Below, in pieces: positions 44,428 to 54,799 of a stretch of 56,948 nucleotides of DNA. Source of the DNA: Mycobacteriaceae bacterium (GTDB lineage: Bacteria; Actinomycetota; Actinomycetes; Mycobacteriales; Mycobacteriaceae). Numbering within the stretch: the first letter of the stretch is position 1; each line of letters starts with the position of its first letter. Location: assembly GCA_051646185.1 (NCBI GenBank), contig JBOFCS010000055.1, forward strand, positions 1 to 56,948, given 5' to 3'. The notes under the pieces were generated by a model. The model was not told the origin of the DNA, did no database searches, and worked only from the letters and a program-made list of their open reading frames with translations. Both the position numbers and the translations under genes were made by a program.

Positions 44428-45351
44428 ATGAACAAAGATGTTGAAATCAGTCGCGAGCGAGTCAGCAGACGCCGAGCATTGGCTTTAGGTGGCACGATTG
44501 GACTCGGCGGATTAATCTCCGCATGTTCAACAAGCGGTGATAATTCATCAGCGACAACGAATGCCGCATCCCAAACCAGTGCAGCTCATTCCGGTGATTC
44601 TAGCATTGCCGCCGTTACTAACGCCGAACTTTTGTCCTTACTTGACCAAGCCCCACAATGCAGCATGAGCAAAGAAACCACCCAGGGGCCCTACTGGTTT
44701 GATGTCGATTCCATTCGCTCTGATATCCGCGAAGATCGCCCCGGACTTGCCCTGAACCTAGCGCTACGTGTTCAAGATATTAACATCTGCAGCACAGATG
44801 GAAAACCAGCTGGAATTTCCAACGCGGTCGTTGAAATTTGGCATTGTGATGCCGGTGGAACCTACTCGGGTTTTGAATCAGGTTCTTTACAAGCCAACAG
44901 CGGAGGGCAAGGTACGCCCCCGGCGGGGAGTGTACCACCACAAAACCAGGGCAGCTCTACATCTGGTGGTGAAACCTCTAATGGTTCCTACAGTGTTGGC
45001 GATAGAGAAGCAACCGCCACCGATGACAGTACGTATTTGCGTGGCGCCCAAACCACTAATTCTGCTGGAATTGCTGAATTTACCACAATCTACCCAGGCT
45101 GGTACCGGGGGCGAACGGTCCATATCCACGTTAAAGTTCATATTGATAAAAAGACGGTTGTGACAACCCAGTTATTCTTCCACGATTCCATAAATGACAC
45201 GATCTTCGCCGAGGTATACCCCTATAACGAGCACACCAGACGGGACACCACAAATGCCAACGACAATATCTACGATTCCAGCGGTCTTGTTGAAGTTTCC
45301 AGGCAAAGCGACAAAGTGCTAGCGGCAATCAACCTGGGAATTGACCGTTAA
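44428..45351 (+). CDS. Tat-exported intradiol-dioxygenase-like protein
   Basis: Twin-arginine signal SRRRALALGGTIGLGGL. C-terminal GWYRGRTVHIHVKVH is typical of the intradiol dioxygenase fold. Confidence 0.65.
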   Translation: MNKDVEISRERVSRRRALALGGTIGLGGLISACSTSGDNSSATTNAASQTSAAHSGDSSIAAVTNAELLSLLDQAPQCSMSKETTQGPYWFDVDSIRSDIREDRPGLALNLALRVQDINICSTDGKPAGISNAVVEIWHCDAGGTYSGFESGSLQANSGGQGTPPAGSVPPQNQGSSTSGGETSNGSYSVGDREATATDDSTYLRGAQTTNSAGIAEFTTIYPGWYRGRTVHIHVKVHIDKKTVVTTQLFFHDSINDTIFAEVYPYNEHTRRDTTNANDNIYDSSGLVEVSRQSDKVLAAINLGIDR

Positions 45352-45357
45352 ATTCTG

Positions 45358-45396
45358 GCCATCCTGGCACTATCGCCGTGATAGTGCCAGGATGGC
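45358..45396 (+). terminator. 17-bp perfect hairpin (5-nt loop) after the dioxygenase-like gene
   Basis: GCCATCCTGGCACTATC-GCCGT-GATAGTGCCAGGATGGC. There is no obvious U-tract, and it ends 3 nt before the pepO GTG start. Confidence 0.55.
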
Positions 45397-45399
45397 AGG

Positions 45400-47373
45400 G
45401 TGACTTCCGTATTACCTAACTCCGATACCCCCTCTGGAATTGACTTTTCCTTTGTTGATTCACAGATTCGCCCACAAGATGATCTCTTCGCTCATGTCAA
45501 TGGGCAATGGCTCCGGGATTACGAAATACCCGCAGATCGCGCTGTTGATGGTGCTTTCCGAGTGCTCTTTGACCGTGCCGAGGAGCATGTTCGCGATCTC
45601 ATCACCGAAGCTGCCGAGGCTCATGCTGGGCCAGCTACTGAGCAGCAGCGCATTGGCGATCTTTACACCAGTTTTATGAACGAGGAAGCTGTTGAATCCC
45701 TGGGCATCGGTCCTCTGAGCGATGAACTGACCCAGATTACTGAGGCAGCAGATATACACAGTCTTGGGCAAGTGCTTGGGCGCTTGCAGCGCAGCGGAGT
45801 TGGCGGATGGATTGGCCATTATGTCAATACCGATGCCAAAAGATCAGATAGATACTTACTGCACCTGACTCAATCCGGTTTGGGACTACCCGATGAATCG
45901 TATTATCGTGAAGAAGCCCACTGCGAAATTCGCGCTGCCTACCGTGCTCATATTGCGGCTATGTTTCGCCTTGCCGGTATCACCGCAGATGCCGAACAGG
46001 TGTTTGAGCTAGAGACAAAAATTGCCGCCAACCATTGGGATGTAGTGCAATCCCGCGATGCTGATCTTTCGTACAACCTGCTTACCATTGCAGATCTTTT
46101 GCATACTGCACCCGAATTTGGTTGGGAATCTTGGTATTCCATGCTTAACATCCCCGCTGAGCATTACGCCGAAGTAGTGGTACGTCAACCTAGTTTCCTT
46201 AGTGGCACTGCGTCATTATGGATAAATGAGTACCTTGACCAGTGGAAGGCCTGGGCACTCTGGCAGGTAATTCATGCTCGAGCGCCATTTTTAACACGCG
46301 CTTTTGTTGAAGAAAATTTTGCCTTTTACGGAAAAGCTCTCAGCGGCACTGAAGAAATACGAGAACGTTGGAAACGGGCAGTATCGCTCGTGGAGGAGCT
46401 GCTCGGTGATGCTGTGGGTAAACTCTATGTCGAGCGTCACTTCCCTGCTCAGGCAAAATCTCAGATGGAAGTACTTGTTGATAATCTCATAAAAGCTTAC
46501 CGCCGCAATATCTCTGAGCTTGAATGGATGAGCTCAGAAACCCGAAAACGAGCCCTAGAAAAACTGGAAAAATTCACCCCAAAAATTGGCTACCCAGCCC
46601 ACTGGCGAGACTACTCACACCTCATCATCGACCGTAATGATCTGATCGGAAACTATCGACGAGGTTACGAGGCAGAGTATCAGCGTGACCTGAATAAGCT
46701 TGGCGGTCCAGTAGACCGAGATGAATGGTTTATGACCCCACAAACGGTTAATGCCTACTATAACCCTGGAATGAACGAAATAGTCTTTCCCGCAGCTATT
46801 TTACAGCCTCCCTTTTTTGATCCGCACGCTGATGATGCGGCAAACTACGGGGGGATTGGTGCGGTAATTGGCCATGAAATCGGGCATGGATTTGATGACC
46901 AGGGCTCAAAATATGATGGCGATGGCAACCTTGTGGACTGGTGGACCGATTCTGACCGGGCCGAATTTAGCAAGCGCACTGATCTATTGATCAAGCAGTA
47001 CAATAACTTTGAGCCACAAGGGCTTCCAGGACATCATGTCAACGGAGAATTTACTATCGGAGAAAACATTGGCGATCTCGGTGGTTTATCGATCGCACTA
47101 GTGGCCTACGAAATTTCTTTGGGAGGAAAACCAGCCCCCGTGATCGATGGTTTCACTGGATTACAGCGAGTATTTTTTGGCTGGGCACAGGTATGGCGGA
47201 CAAAAGCCCGTGATGCCGAGGCTATCCGTCGCCTCTCTGTCGATCCGCACTCACCGCCGGAATTCCGTTGCAATGGTGTGGTCAGCAATATTAATGCTTT
47301 TTACGATGCCTTTGATGTCACACCGGGAGATGCTCTGTATCTGGATCCAAAACAAAGGGTGCAGATTTGGTGA
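45400..47373 (+). CDS. pepO: M13-family zinc metalloendopeptidase (PepO / neprilysin-like)
   Basis: 657 aa. HExxH as VIGHEIGHGFD, downstream GENIGDLGG, and N-terminal RPQDDLFAHVNGQWL. GTG start. Confidence 0.9.
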   Translation: MTSVLPNSDTPSGIDFSFVDSQIRPQDDLFAHVNGQWLRDYEIPADRAVDGAFRVLFDRAEEHVRDLITEAAEAHAGPATEQQRIGDLYTSFMNEEAVESLGIGPLSDELTQITEAADIHSLGQVLGRLQRSGVGGWIGHYVNTDAKRSDRYLLHLTQSGLGLPDESYYREEAHCEIRAAYRAHIAAMFRLAGITADAEQVFELETKIAANHWDVVQSRDADLSYNLLTIADLLHTAPEFGWESWYSMLNIPAEHYAEVVVRQPSFLSGTASLWINEYLDQWKAWALWQVIHARAPFLTRAFVEENFAFYGKALSGTEEIRERWKRAVSLVEELLGDAVGKLYVERHFPAQAKSQMEVLVDNLIKAYRRNISELEWMSSETRKRALEKLEKFTPKIGYPAHWRDYSHLIIDRNDLIGNYRRGYEAEYQRDLNKLGGPVDRDEWFMTPQTVNAYYNPGMNEIVFPAAILQPPFFDPHADDAANYGGIGAVIGHEIGHGFDDQGSKYDGDGNLVDWWTDSDRAEFSKRTDLLIKQYNNFEPQGLPGHHVNGEFTIGENIGDLGGLSIALVAYEISLGGKPAPVIDGFTGLQRVFFGWAQVWRTKARDAEAIRRLSVDPHSPPEFRCNGVVSNINAFYDAFDVTPGDALYLDPKQRVQIW

Positions 47374-47377
47374 CCGC

Positions 47378-48262
47378 TTAGTTCCAATCTCCAAGACCAT
47401 CGGAGGCGCTTAAAGTGCCTCCGATGGTGTTTTTTACAATCAGCGGAACACCTTTCTGAATGTTCTCAAAGAACCATTTACCGTTTTCAGTACTCACATT
47501 AAGGCAGCCATGGCTAACATTGACCCTCCCCTGGCTACCGACTGACCATGGTGCAGGGTGTACAAAAATCCCACTGTTAGAGATCCGCGTGGCATATTCC
47601 ACATAGGTTCGGTAACCCTCGGGTGAATCCACCGGAACCCCATAGGTTGAAGAATCCATATACATATCACGGAATCGCTCACCCACAATGTATGTTCCAT
47701 TAGGTGTTGGGTTCTTGCTGCTACCCATCGAGGTAGGCATGGTCTTGATGACTTCACCATTGCGAGTAATAGTAATGGTTTTAGTGGCATCATCTGAAAT
47801 AGCAACTACTGCATCGCCAATACTGAAAGTAACGTGAGCATCCCCTGCATCCACGGTAACGGTAGTATTAGTCGGCCAGAATGCCTCGGGACGCCAACGA
47901 AGTTGACTATTAGTGAACCAGTAAAAATGCCCTGGAACCTCGGGCTGAGAAGTCACCCGAATAGCGGCCTCAGCAATAGCTCGGTCCGCAATGGGAGCAC
48001 TAAAGCTGATGATCACCGGTTGGGCAACACCCACCACTTCCCCATTGCCGGGATTAAGAGTTGGCGTAGCAAAATTAGCCGGACCTAAAGGCGGCAAGCC
48101 TGAAGGAACCAAAGGGTCTACCGAAGGGAACAGTGCGGGAATACCAGGAATATCCGGCCCGCCAGGCCAGAGCGGTTCAGCCTGCACCGAAGCTGACCCA
48201 CAACTGATAGTTGTCAGGGCAAGCAGCATAACTTTAGCTAAAAAACGACAACCCAACTGCAT
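47378..48262 (-). CDS. L,D-transpeptidase (YkuD domain)
   Basis: Catalytic motif SHGCLNVS. Signal peptide begins at ATG 48262 (MQLGCRFLAKVMLLALTTISC); the ORF track extends to 48319. Confidence 0.85.
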   Translation of the reverse strand: MQLGCRFLAKVMLLALTTISCGSASVQAEPLWPGGPDIPGIPALFPSVDPLVPSGLPPLGPANFATPTLNPGNGEVVGVAQPVIISFSAPIADRAIAEAAIRVTSQPEVPGHFYWFTNSQLRWRPEAFWPTNTTVTVDAGDAHVTFSIGDAVVAISDDATKTITITRNGEVIKTMPTSMGSSKNPTPNGTYIVGERFRDMYMDSSTYGVPVDSPEGYRTYVEYATRISNSGIFVHPAPWSVGSQGRVNVSHGCLNVSTENGKWFFENIQKGVPLIVKNTIGGTLSASDGLGDWN

Positions 48263-48367
48263 GTTTACTCCAATACCGGGTTTGTGCCCAATTATTTGCA
48301 TTGCTCTGCTGGCTATCATGCCACCTATATCGGACTAAACAAGTTTTACCGACTTAGCTCCGGTGCA

Positions 48368-49009
48368 TTAGATCGAACCCAATGCCTTAAGTGTTACCTG
48401 AGCCTGTTCTAACTGTGCAGATAATTCTGCTACTCGCTGCTGTGCTGCTTCCCGCGCTTGATCTAACACTTCGGCAACAGCCTCTTGCACCGCAGGCTCC
48501 CCTAGCGCATCAACGGCCTTAAGCACCGCTTCGGCTGTGAGCACGATGGGCTTTCCTGGTCGTTTACTACCCACGGACACAGCCACAGACCATTGCTCAG
48601 GGCTCACCGATTGGATAACTATCGATACATTCTGCACTGCTTTGCGCCGACGTGGCGCTGTTTTTGCCGGTGAAGGTCCACTCTCAACCACAGCTTGTTG
48701 CACCACCTTGACCGCAACCGGCTTTGAAACCACTGGTTTGGAGGTCACCGGTTTAGGTTCTGAATTTTGTTTTAAGCGGAGTTCTTCTGCCTCATAAGGT
48801 AATTCATCGTCTATCCCTTTCGGGCGAATTGTCACTGTGGTTCCAGTTATAGAAATAACCCGCGCCGAAGAACCCGCCTCAAGCCCCAAAGTAGGTACTG
48901 CTTCACGCAAGTACACCGTGGCCCTACGCCCCGCCTTTAAAGATTCAGCAAGCATCGCCAGCTGATCATGGGTGAGAGCATCAGCTGCAGAACGACGACG
49001 TGGTGGCAT
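48368..49009 (-). CDS. Conserved hypothetical protein
   Basis: 213 aa. Basic N-terminus, a short KPV(T/V)SKPV repeat linker and a C-terminal coiled coil. No family recognised. Confidence 0.45.
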   Translation of the reverse strand: MPPRRRSAADALTHDQLAMLAESLKAGRRATVYLREAVPTLGLEAGSSARVISITGTTVTIRPKGIDDELPYEAEELRLKQNSEPKPVTSKPVVSKPVAVKVVQQAVVESGPSPAKTAPRRRKAVQNVSIVIQSVSPEQWSVAVSVGSKRPGKPIVLTAEAVLKAVDALGEPAVQEAVAEVLDQAREAAQQRVAELSAQLEQAQVTLKALGSI

Positions 49010-49091
49010 AGCAACCTCTCCAGGTAGTATCTTTCGTACATATGTGCGATAACACTACCAGGGTTGGTAACCGGTGCATTAGCATGGACGA

Positions 49092-50111
49092 ATGAGCGAT
49101 CCAGATCCCACCCATTATCCTATGATCAGCCGTAGCCAGGCTGAATTGGAGAAATCGCTACTCGGTGGAGAACGCAAATACACCCGGGCGCAAGTGGCTG
49201 AACTTGTTGGGGTTCCCCCAGATCGCACCCGCGCGTTATGGATAGCGATGGGTTTTGCCATGAGCGAGGACCCCGAAGCTGTTATGTTCACCGATGGAGA
49301 CGTTGCCGCCGTTCGATCCATCACAACACTAGTTGATAGTGGCGCACTAGCACCTGAGCTAGAAATATCGGTTACTAGAACTCTTGGACAAACCATGTCT
49401 CGATTAGCCGAATGGCAAGTAGCCGTAATGAATGCACAGGTTAAGCAACTAGATGACCAAGAATTTCACGATTCCACGAGCGCTCAGGAAGCTTTAGGCT
49501 CTTTAGCCGCTGGTACCGTGCCGATCATTCAAGAACTACAGAACTACGTGTGGCGTCGTCATCTTGCGGCCACGGCTGGACGGTCCTTACGTAATTTCAC
49601 CGAAGAGACGGATAATCGAATCCTCAGTGTCGGTTTTGCCGATATGGTCGGGTATACCCGCCTCACTCGGCAATTAGACATTACAGAACTCACAGAGCTG
49701 CTAGAAGATTTTGAATCTACCGCAACCACCATCATCACCCAGGGCGGCGGTTGGGTGATCAAAAATGTGGGGGATGAGGTTATGTTTGCCGCTGAAAGCC
49801 CACTTGATGCCGCATTAATATCCCTCAATTTACAAGAAGCAAACCTTAACGACCCCCACTCACCCGAACTGCGCGTTGGACTTGCAGCTGGTTCTGTACT
49901 TGTACGCTTTGGAGATCTTTACGGATCGGTAGTCAATATTGCTGCACGGCTTACTAGTTCAGCTAGACCCGGAACAGTTTTAGTCGACGAAGAGATAGCA
50001 GAAGCATTATCGAAAGAACCAAATCTTTACCTAAAATCATTAAGACCCTTACATGTCCGGGGGTTTAGCAGACTAAAGACTTACACCCTGCGTAGAGCTA
50101 AGAGTATCTAG
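49092..50111 (+). CDS. Class III adenylate/guanylate cyclase with N-terminal HTH-like domain
   Basis: Cyclase core ILSVGFADMVGYTRLT...IKNVGDEVMF...LRVGLAAGSVLVRFGDLYGSVVNIAARL. Confidence 0.8.
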   Translation: MSDPDPTHYPMISRSQAELEKSLLGGERKYTRAQVAELVGVPPDRTRALWIAMGFAMSEDPEAVMFTDGDVAAVRSITTLVDSGALAPELEISVTRTLGQTMSRLAEWQVAVMNAQVKQLDDQEFHDSTSAQEALGSLAAGTVPIIQELQNYVWRRHLAATAGRSLRNFTEETDNRILSVGFADMVGYTRLTRQLDITELTELLEDFESTATTIITQGGGWVIKNVGDEVMFAAESPLDAALISLNLQEANLNDPHSPELRVGLAAGSVLVRFGDLYGSVVNIAARLTSSARPGTVLVDEEIAEALSKEPNLYLKSLRPLHVRGFSRLKTYTLRRAKSI

Positions 50112-50114
50112 TTT

Positions 50115-50630
50115 TTAATGGCTATATTTGTGAAAACCATTGTTTAACAATATTATTTGCAATATATGCGCAACTTCCGGACCCATCACAATTTCCAAAA
50201 GTTCAATATGTGTTTGAACAAAATTAGGCCCATGGGCGGGTCCAGAAGAATTATCCAGATGATGCGCTAATTCGTGTAAAACAACAAGTTCCCGCAAAGC
50301 CCAAGCCTGATTGGCACGGTGTATCGGCAATGCAATTGTTTGAGTATCGGGCTCATAATGTGCCGCTGTTAGTCCTTTGCGGGGTCTAATTAATACTGGC
50401 TCAATAGCTTTAGCCCACCGATTGTGGATATCCCTCAGGCTAAGAACCCTATCTACATACTTCTGAACCGAATCAATCGAAGCAAACTTTACTTCTACCG
50501 GCAGGGTGAGTTGGGCGCCAAAAAATTCCAGCACCGGTAACCCATTTTCAGCAGCCCGATCAAATATAGTCCGAAGAAAGTTCTCGGCTTGATACACCGC
50601 TGAGCGTTGACTATCGCGCTGAATGCTCAT
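50115..50630 (-). CDS. Putative metallohydrolase (TIGR04338-like)
   Basis: N-terminal RDSQRSAVYQAENFL and HExxH-type VVLHELAHHL. The ATG overlaps the upstream stop (ATGA). Confidence 0.6.
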   Translation of the reverse strand: MSIQRDSQRSAVYQAENFLRTIFDRAAENGLPVLEFFGAQLTLPVEVKFASIDSVQKYVDRVLSLRDIHNRWAKAIEPVLIRPRKGLTAAHYEPDTQTIALPIHRANQAWALRELVVLHELAHHLDNSSGPAHGPNFVQTHIELLEIVMGPEVAHILQIILLNNGFHKYSH

Positions 50631-51448
50631 TTTTCTAACATTTTTTTTGCGCCGCCGATTTCTCGCTGTCCACCCAACCGAGCCTGCTTACCTGCCCGAT
50701 CTCCAGCCTGTCTTGCATGCAAAGAATAGCCGGAACTTGCTGTTGTAGCCCGCCAAGTACCTCGCGCCTGAGATGCCTTTCGGTAATGCTCTTTAAGTTC
50801 TAGATCTTTATTCCGTAAAACCACGGCCATATTGTGAGCAGAGTTTTCTCCAGACTTTCCTTCGGCCGCACTCATCGCCGATTGCTCTGCCTCACGTTGA
50901 GCTTGAGCTAACCGTTGCCCCACTCGCGACCCAAACGCTAACTGAAAGTTAATTCTTGCCGTAATCGTTGCTGTTGGCTTTTGTACCACCGCTCGCATCT
51001 TTCGACCCCGGCGCCGAATCATAGTAACTGTTTCACTCACCGAATCTCGATATGCTCCTGAAACAATATATGCCTCAGTTGCTTTCACCATTTGGACCAC
51101 AAGACTAGCATACAAGGCTTCGCAGGTACGAATATCACTGTCAAAACCATAGGCATAGACAAAAGTGGAATTTGTGGCCACATCACAGGTAACAGCATTA
51201 GCTTGAGCAATAGCAACAAAAAGCTGCACATAGGTTCGCAGACCTTTAGTTCCCGCATCCCCGATGCTGATCGTTCGTTGTACTGGTACCGACCGCCGCT
51301 CTTGGGCCGAGCGATGAGCACGAGCAACAGCCAGGTCAATAGAAGTAGCCGTTGCTAGTCGCTGAGCTGCCTCCATAAATGCATTCGCTTCGTACTCATT
51401 ATCGGTAGACTCAGCCTGTCGCAGTAGTGCACCAATGCGGGTCAACAT
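50627..51448 (-). CDS. DUF2786-domain protein
   Basis: N-terminal IGALLRQAESTDNEYEANAFMEAAQRLA is the characteristic DUF2786 helix pair. Start taken as ATG 51448. Confidence 0.6.
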   Translation of the reverse strand: MLTRIGALLRQAESTDNEYEANAFMEAAQRLATATSIDLAVARAHRSAQERRSVPVQRTISIGDAGTKGLRTYVQLFVAIAQANAVTCDVATNSTFVYAYGFDSDIRTCEALYASLVVQMVKATEAYIVSGAYRDSVSETVTMIRRRGRKMRAVVQKPTATITARINFQLAFGSRVGQRLAQAQREAEQSAMSAAEGKSGENSAHNMAVVLRNKDLELKEHYRKASQARGTWRATTASSGYSLHARQAGDRAGKQARLGGQREIGGAKKMLEK

Positions 51449-51570
51449 TTTAACTTCTGACACTGCTACTCCCACTACTAGTGATGGCGCTACGGTTGCA
51501 CTGACGACCTACTCTATGGTACTTGGATACCTAGCTTGTTTACTTAGTTGACAACTGACGTGAGGAATTT

Positions 51571-53766
51571 ATGAACACCGGCGCTACACAACCTCAGCTT
51601 AAGCGGAGTTGGCCCTTCTTCAGCATCTTCGCACTTGCCATCGCGATGTTCCTCATCGGTGGTGGTGGCACTTATTTTGAAAGCAAGCTCTCTGAGGTGC
51701 AAGAAAACAACCAGGCTACGTTTCTTCCCAGCACTGCTGAATCAACAATTGTCGCTAATGAATCAAAAAAGTTTCTCAGCGTCGAAACAAGTCCAGGCTT
51801 TGTTATTTTTCATCGCGACACGGTCCTTAGCCCCGAAGATCGGATCTCGATCAATAAGGCACTCAACGAAATAAAAAAAGTTGAGGGTGTTGACCGTGAT
51901 GGAATTATTGGTCCACAGTTTGATTCCGAATCAACAACAGCGAATATTTTTGTTCCGCTAATAGCAAGTAGCAATGGGGAAGAAATTGGCGTAGACGAAT
52001 TAGCTAAAGTTAATGCTAAGGTACTTGAAGTAGCAAAATCTGCGGTTTCCAACGAACTTCAAGTTCTCCCAGCAGGTTTGACCGGGTTATTTACGGCATT
52101 TAACACCGCTTTTTCCGGGATTGACGGGGTGCTACTACTTGCTGCAGTGCTTGTTGTCTCCCTGATCTTATTGGTGATTTATCGATCCCCAGTGTTGTGG
52201 ATACTTCCGCTACTATCTGCACTACTTGCTTTAGGTTCTTCTTCGCTAGTCATCTACTTCCTAGCAAAGCATGATGTACTCACCCTCACTGCCCAAAGTC
52301 AAGGAATTTTATCTGTTCTTGTACTTGGTGCTGGTACTGACTATGCGCTACTGCTTATTTCACGCTATCGCGAAGAGCTGCATATCTATCCCAATAGATT
52401 TGACGCCATGATTAAAGCGTGGAAAGAATCTCTTCCTGCTATTTTTGCCTCGGCAATCACGGTTATCATTGGGGTACTCTGCCTAACATTGTCTGAGCTT
52501 AATTCCAATAAAAGCCTTGGACCGGTTGCTGCGATCGGCATTGTCAGCACCTTCCTAGTCATGATGAGTTTCCTGCCGGTGATCCTCACCCTACTGGGAC
52601 GATGGATCTTTTGGCCTCGAATACCTCGACCTCAGCAATCAATGAGTACTGCGGAAAACGGATTTTGGAGTAATCTTGCAAAAGCCATCACCCAACGACA
52701 CCGCTTCATTTGGGTAGGAACAACTGCAGCGCTTTTACTATGCGTCATGGGGATGTTTAGCCTGAAAACTGAAGGTCTCACTGCTCAAGAAAGTTTCAGC
52801 AACCGACCTGATGCCGTTGTAGGACAAGAAATTTACGAAGAAAAATTTGATAAGGGAACTGGAACACCTGCAATAATTTTGACCAATGCCAATTATGTTG
52901 ATGACATCATCGCAACGACCAGTAAGGTTGAAGGGGTCTCACAAAAACCCGGATCAGTCTGCATCCAACCTGATCTCACAAAATTATCAAATCTGCTCAA
53001 AACCGGAGTGCCCACCAATACACCAATAACTGGTTGCTTGCCAACATTTCTTAATGTCCAGCCTATTGATGGAAAAATAATTGTTAATGCGGTGCTAGCC
53101 AACCCCCCGGATTCGCCTGAGGCATTAAAAACGGTGGAACAGCTACGCACCAGCCTCCGTACCATCGAAGGAGCTGAGGCAAAAGTAGGTGGAAACAGTG
53201 CACTCAATCTCGATATACAAACCGCGTCTGTCCGAGATAGAAACCTCATTATCCCGGTTGTTTTACTAGTGATATTTATAGTTCTGGCACTACTTCTACG
53301 CTCTTTATTAGCTCCGCTCTTACTCATTGCAACTGTGGTGCTTTCCTTTGCTGCAACGCTTGGGGTCAGTGGCTTAGTCTTTGAACATCTACTTGGATTT
53401 GCCGGGGCCGATCAGTCTTTCCCATTATTCGCTTTTGTTTTCTTGGTAGCCTTAGGAATTGACTACAATATCTTCTTAATGACCCGAGTCCGTGAAGAAA
53501 CATTGCAACATGGAACGAGAGAGGGAATTACCCGAGGACTGGCGGTAACAGGAGGCGTCATTACCTCAGCCGGTGTTGTCCTAGCTGCTACGTTCGCCGT
53601 ATTAGGAGTTGTTCCGCTGGTGTTCCTGGCCGAACTCGGCTTTGCTGTTGCCTTTGGAGTACTACTAGACACCATCATCGTGCGGAGTATTCTTGTTCCA
53701 GCACTCGCACATGACATCGGTAAAAAAATCTGGTGGCCTTCAGCCCTGGCTAACGGAAAAGACTAA
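51571..53766 (+). CDS. MMPL-family RND transporter (second copy, short form)
   Basis: 731 aa. Two 6-TM bundles with the conserved GAGTDYALLLISRYREE and ALGIDYNIFLMTRVREE motifs. Confidence 0.85.
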   Translation: MNTGATQPQLKRSWPFFSIFALAIAMFLIGGGGTYFESKLSEVQENNQATFLPSTAESTIVANESKKFLSVETSPGFVIFHRDTVLSPEDRISINKALNEIKKVEGVDRDGIIGPQFDSESTTANIFVPLIASSNGEEIGVDELAKVNAKVLEVAKSAVSNELQVLPAGLTGLFTAFNTAFSGIDGVLLLAAVLVVSLILLVIYRSPVLWILPLLSALLALGSSSLVIYFLAKHDVLTLTAQSQGILSVLVLGAGTDYALLLISRYREELHIYPNRFDAMIKAWKESLPAIFASAITVIIGVLCLTLSELNSNKSLGPVAAIGIVSTFLVMMSFLPVILTLLGRWIFWPRIPRPQQSMSTAENGFWSNLAKAITQRHRFIWVGTTAALLLCVMGMFSLKTEGLTAQESFSNRPDAVVGQEIYEEKFDKGTGTPAIILTNANYVDDIIATTSKVEGVSQKPGSVCIQPDLTKLSNLLKTGVPTNTPITGCLPTFLNVQPIDGKIIVNAVLANPPDSPEALKTVEQLRTSLRTIEGAEAKVGGNSALNLDIQTASVRDRNLIIPVVLLVIFIVLALLLRSLLAPLLLIATVVLSFAATLGVSGLVFEHLLGFAGADQSFPLFAFVFLVALGIDYNIFLMTRVREETLQHGTREGITRGLAVTGGVITSAGVVLAATFAVLGVVPLVFLAELGFAVAFGVLLDTIIVRSILVPALAHDIGKKIWWPSALANGKD

Positions 53767-53780
53767 TGCCACAATAGCTT

Positions 53781-53820
53781 AAGGGTGGTTATCGGGAATT
53801 GATCTACGATAACCACCCTT
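53781..53820. terminator. Bidirectional hairpin terminator
   Basis: AAGGGTGGTTATCG / CGATAACCACCCTT is a perfect 14-bp stem with a 12-nt loop, between convergent stops at 53766 (+) and 53825 (-). Confidence 0.7.
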
Positions 53821-53824
53821 TCAG

Positions 53825-54733
53825 CTAACCTACCGGAACATGCTCCTGTAGAAAAGCGATCTGATCTTTGATAGCACCTTCAAAAGCCTCGCCAACGTAG
53901 ATGTCGAAATGCCCTACAGGGTAGTGGATTACTGTGCCATTCTGTGTCGATTTTGCGTAGCGTAGTGTGGGCTTTACTGGAGCTACTGAATCCTGATCGC
54001 AGATGCAAAAAAGTACTGGAGCCGCCACCTTACGAGCAGCCCGCCCTGGATGCCGCAATGGGATATCCAAAGCAACTCGCGCTGCAACAGCATTAGTAAA
54101 CTCGGTGCCCTTTGGAACTAACGATAGGTAGCCTTTTTCCACATCTGGAGCATTCATTAACGCAATACTTCCAGCCGGACCGGCAAGATTAATCCGGACC
54201 GGCTTACGCCCAAAGATACGGGAAATATTGTCACTAATAGCTAGAACAGCGGCACCAATCACCCCACCAACACCCAATGTCCTAGCGGAAGCACTTCCAC
54301 TAGTGAATGGGCACTGTGCAATAACAGCAGCAACCTGAGCGTCCTTTGCGGCTGTTACCAGGACATGCCCGCCACCAAAGGATGTACCAAAAATTGCAAC
54401 TTTACTAGGATCAACACCAGCAATTGTGCGAGCAAAAGCGATAGCAGCCTGCCAGTCCTGACGCTGCTTTTTGACATCGAGGAGCTGACGCGGTTCACCC
54501 TGGCTAGCACCAAAATGTCGATAATCAAAAACCAAGGCCGCATAACCTGCTTCAGCAAACCGCGAAGCATAGGCATCCAGGCCCATTTCCTTGATCGCAC
54601 CTAAGCCATGTCCCAGTACAACTATTGGAAGATTTGCTACGCGTGGCTGCTTTGGTCGATATAACCAGGCAGCACAGGTCTGCGACTGTGAGCTAAACGT
54701 GACATCGGTGCGTTCATAACTGGGGCTACTCAT
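53825..54733 (-). CDS. Alpha/beta hydrolase (paralogue of 42186..43118)
   Basis: GTSFGGG nucleophile elbow. Collinear similarity to the other hydrolase (VVLGHGLG.../FDYRHFGASQG.../AAVIAQCP). Start ATG 54733 has an AGGGAAG SD. Confidence 0.75.
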   Translation of the reverse strand: MSSPSYERTDVTFSSQSQTCAAWLYRPKQPRVANLPIVVLGHGLGAIKEMGLDAYASRFAEAGYAALVFDYRHFGASQGEPRQLLDVKKQRQDWQAAIAFARTIAGVDPSKVAIFGTSFGGGHVLVTAAKDAQVAAVIAQCPFTSGSASARTLGVGGVIGAAVLAISDNISRIFGRKPVRINLAGPAGSIALMNAPDVEKGYLSLVPKGTEFTNAVAARVALDIPLRHPGRAARKVAAPVLFCICDQDSVAPVKPTLRYAKSTQNGTVIHYPVGHFDIYVGEAFEGAIKDQIAFLQEHVPVG

Positions 54734-54799
54734 AGCTGTATCTTCCCTCATTAGTGATCTAAGACATAAACAAGCCTTAACCTTCCGTAGAATCCTTTA

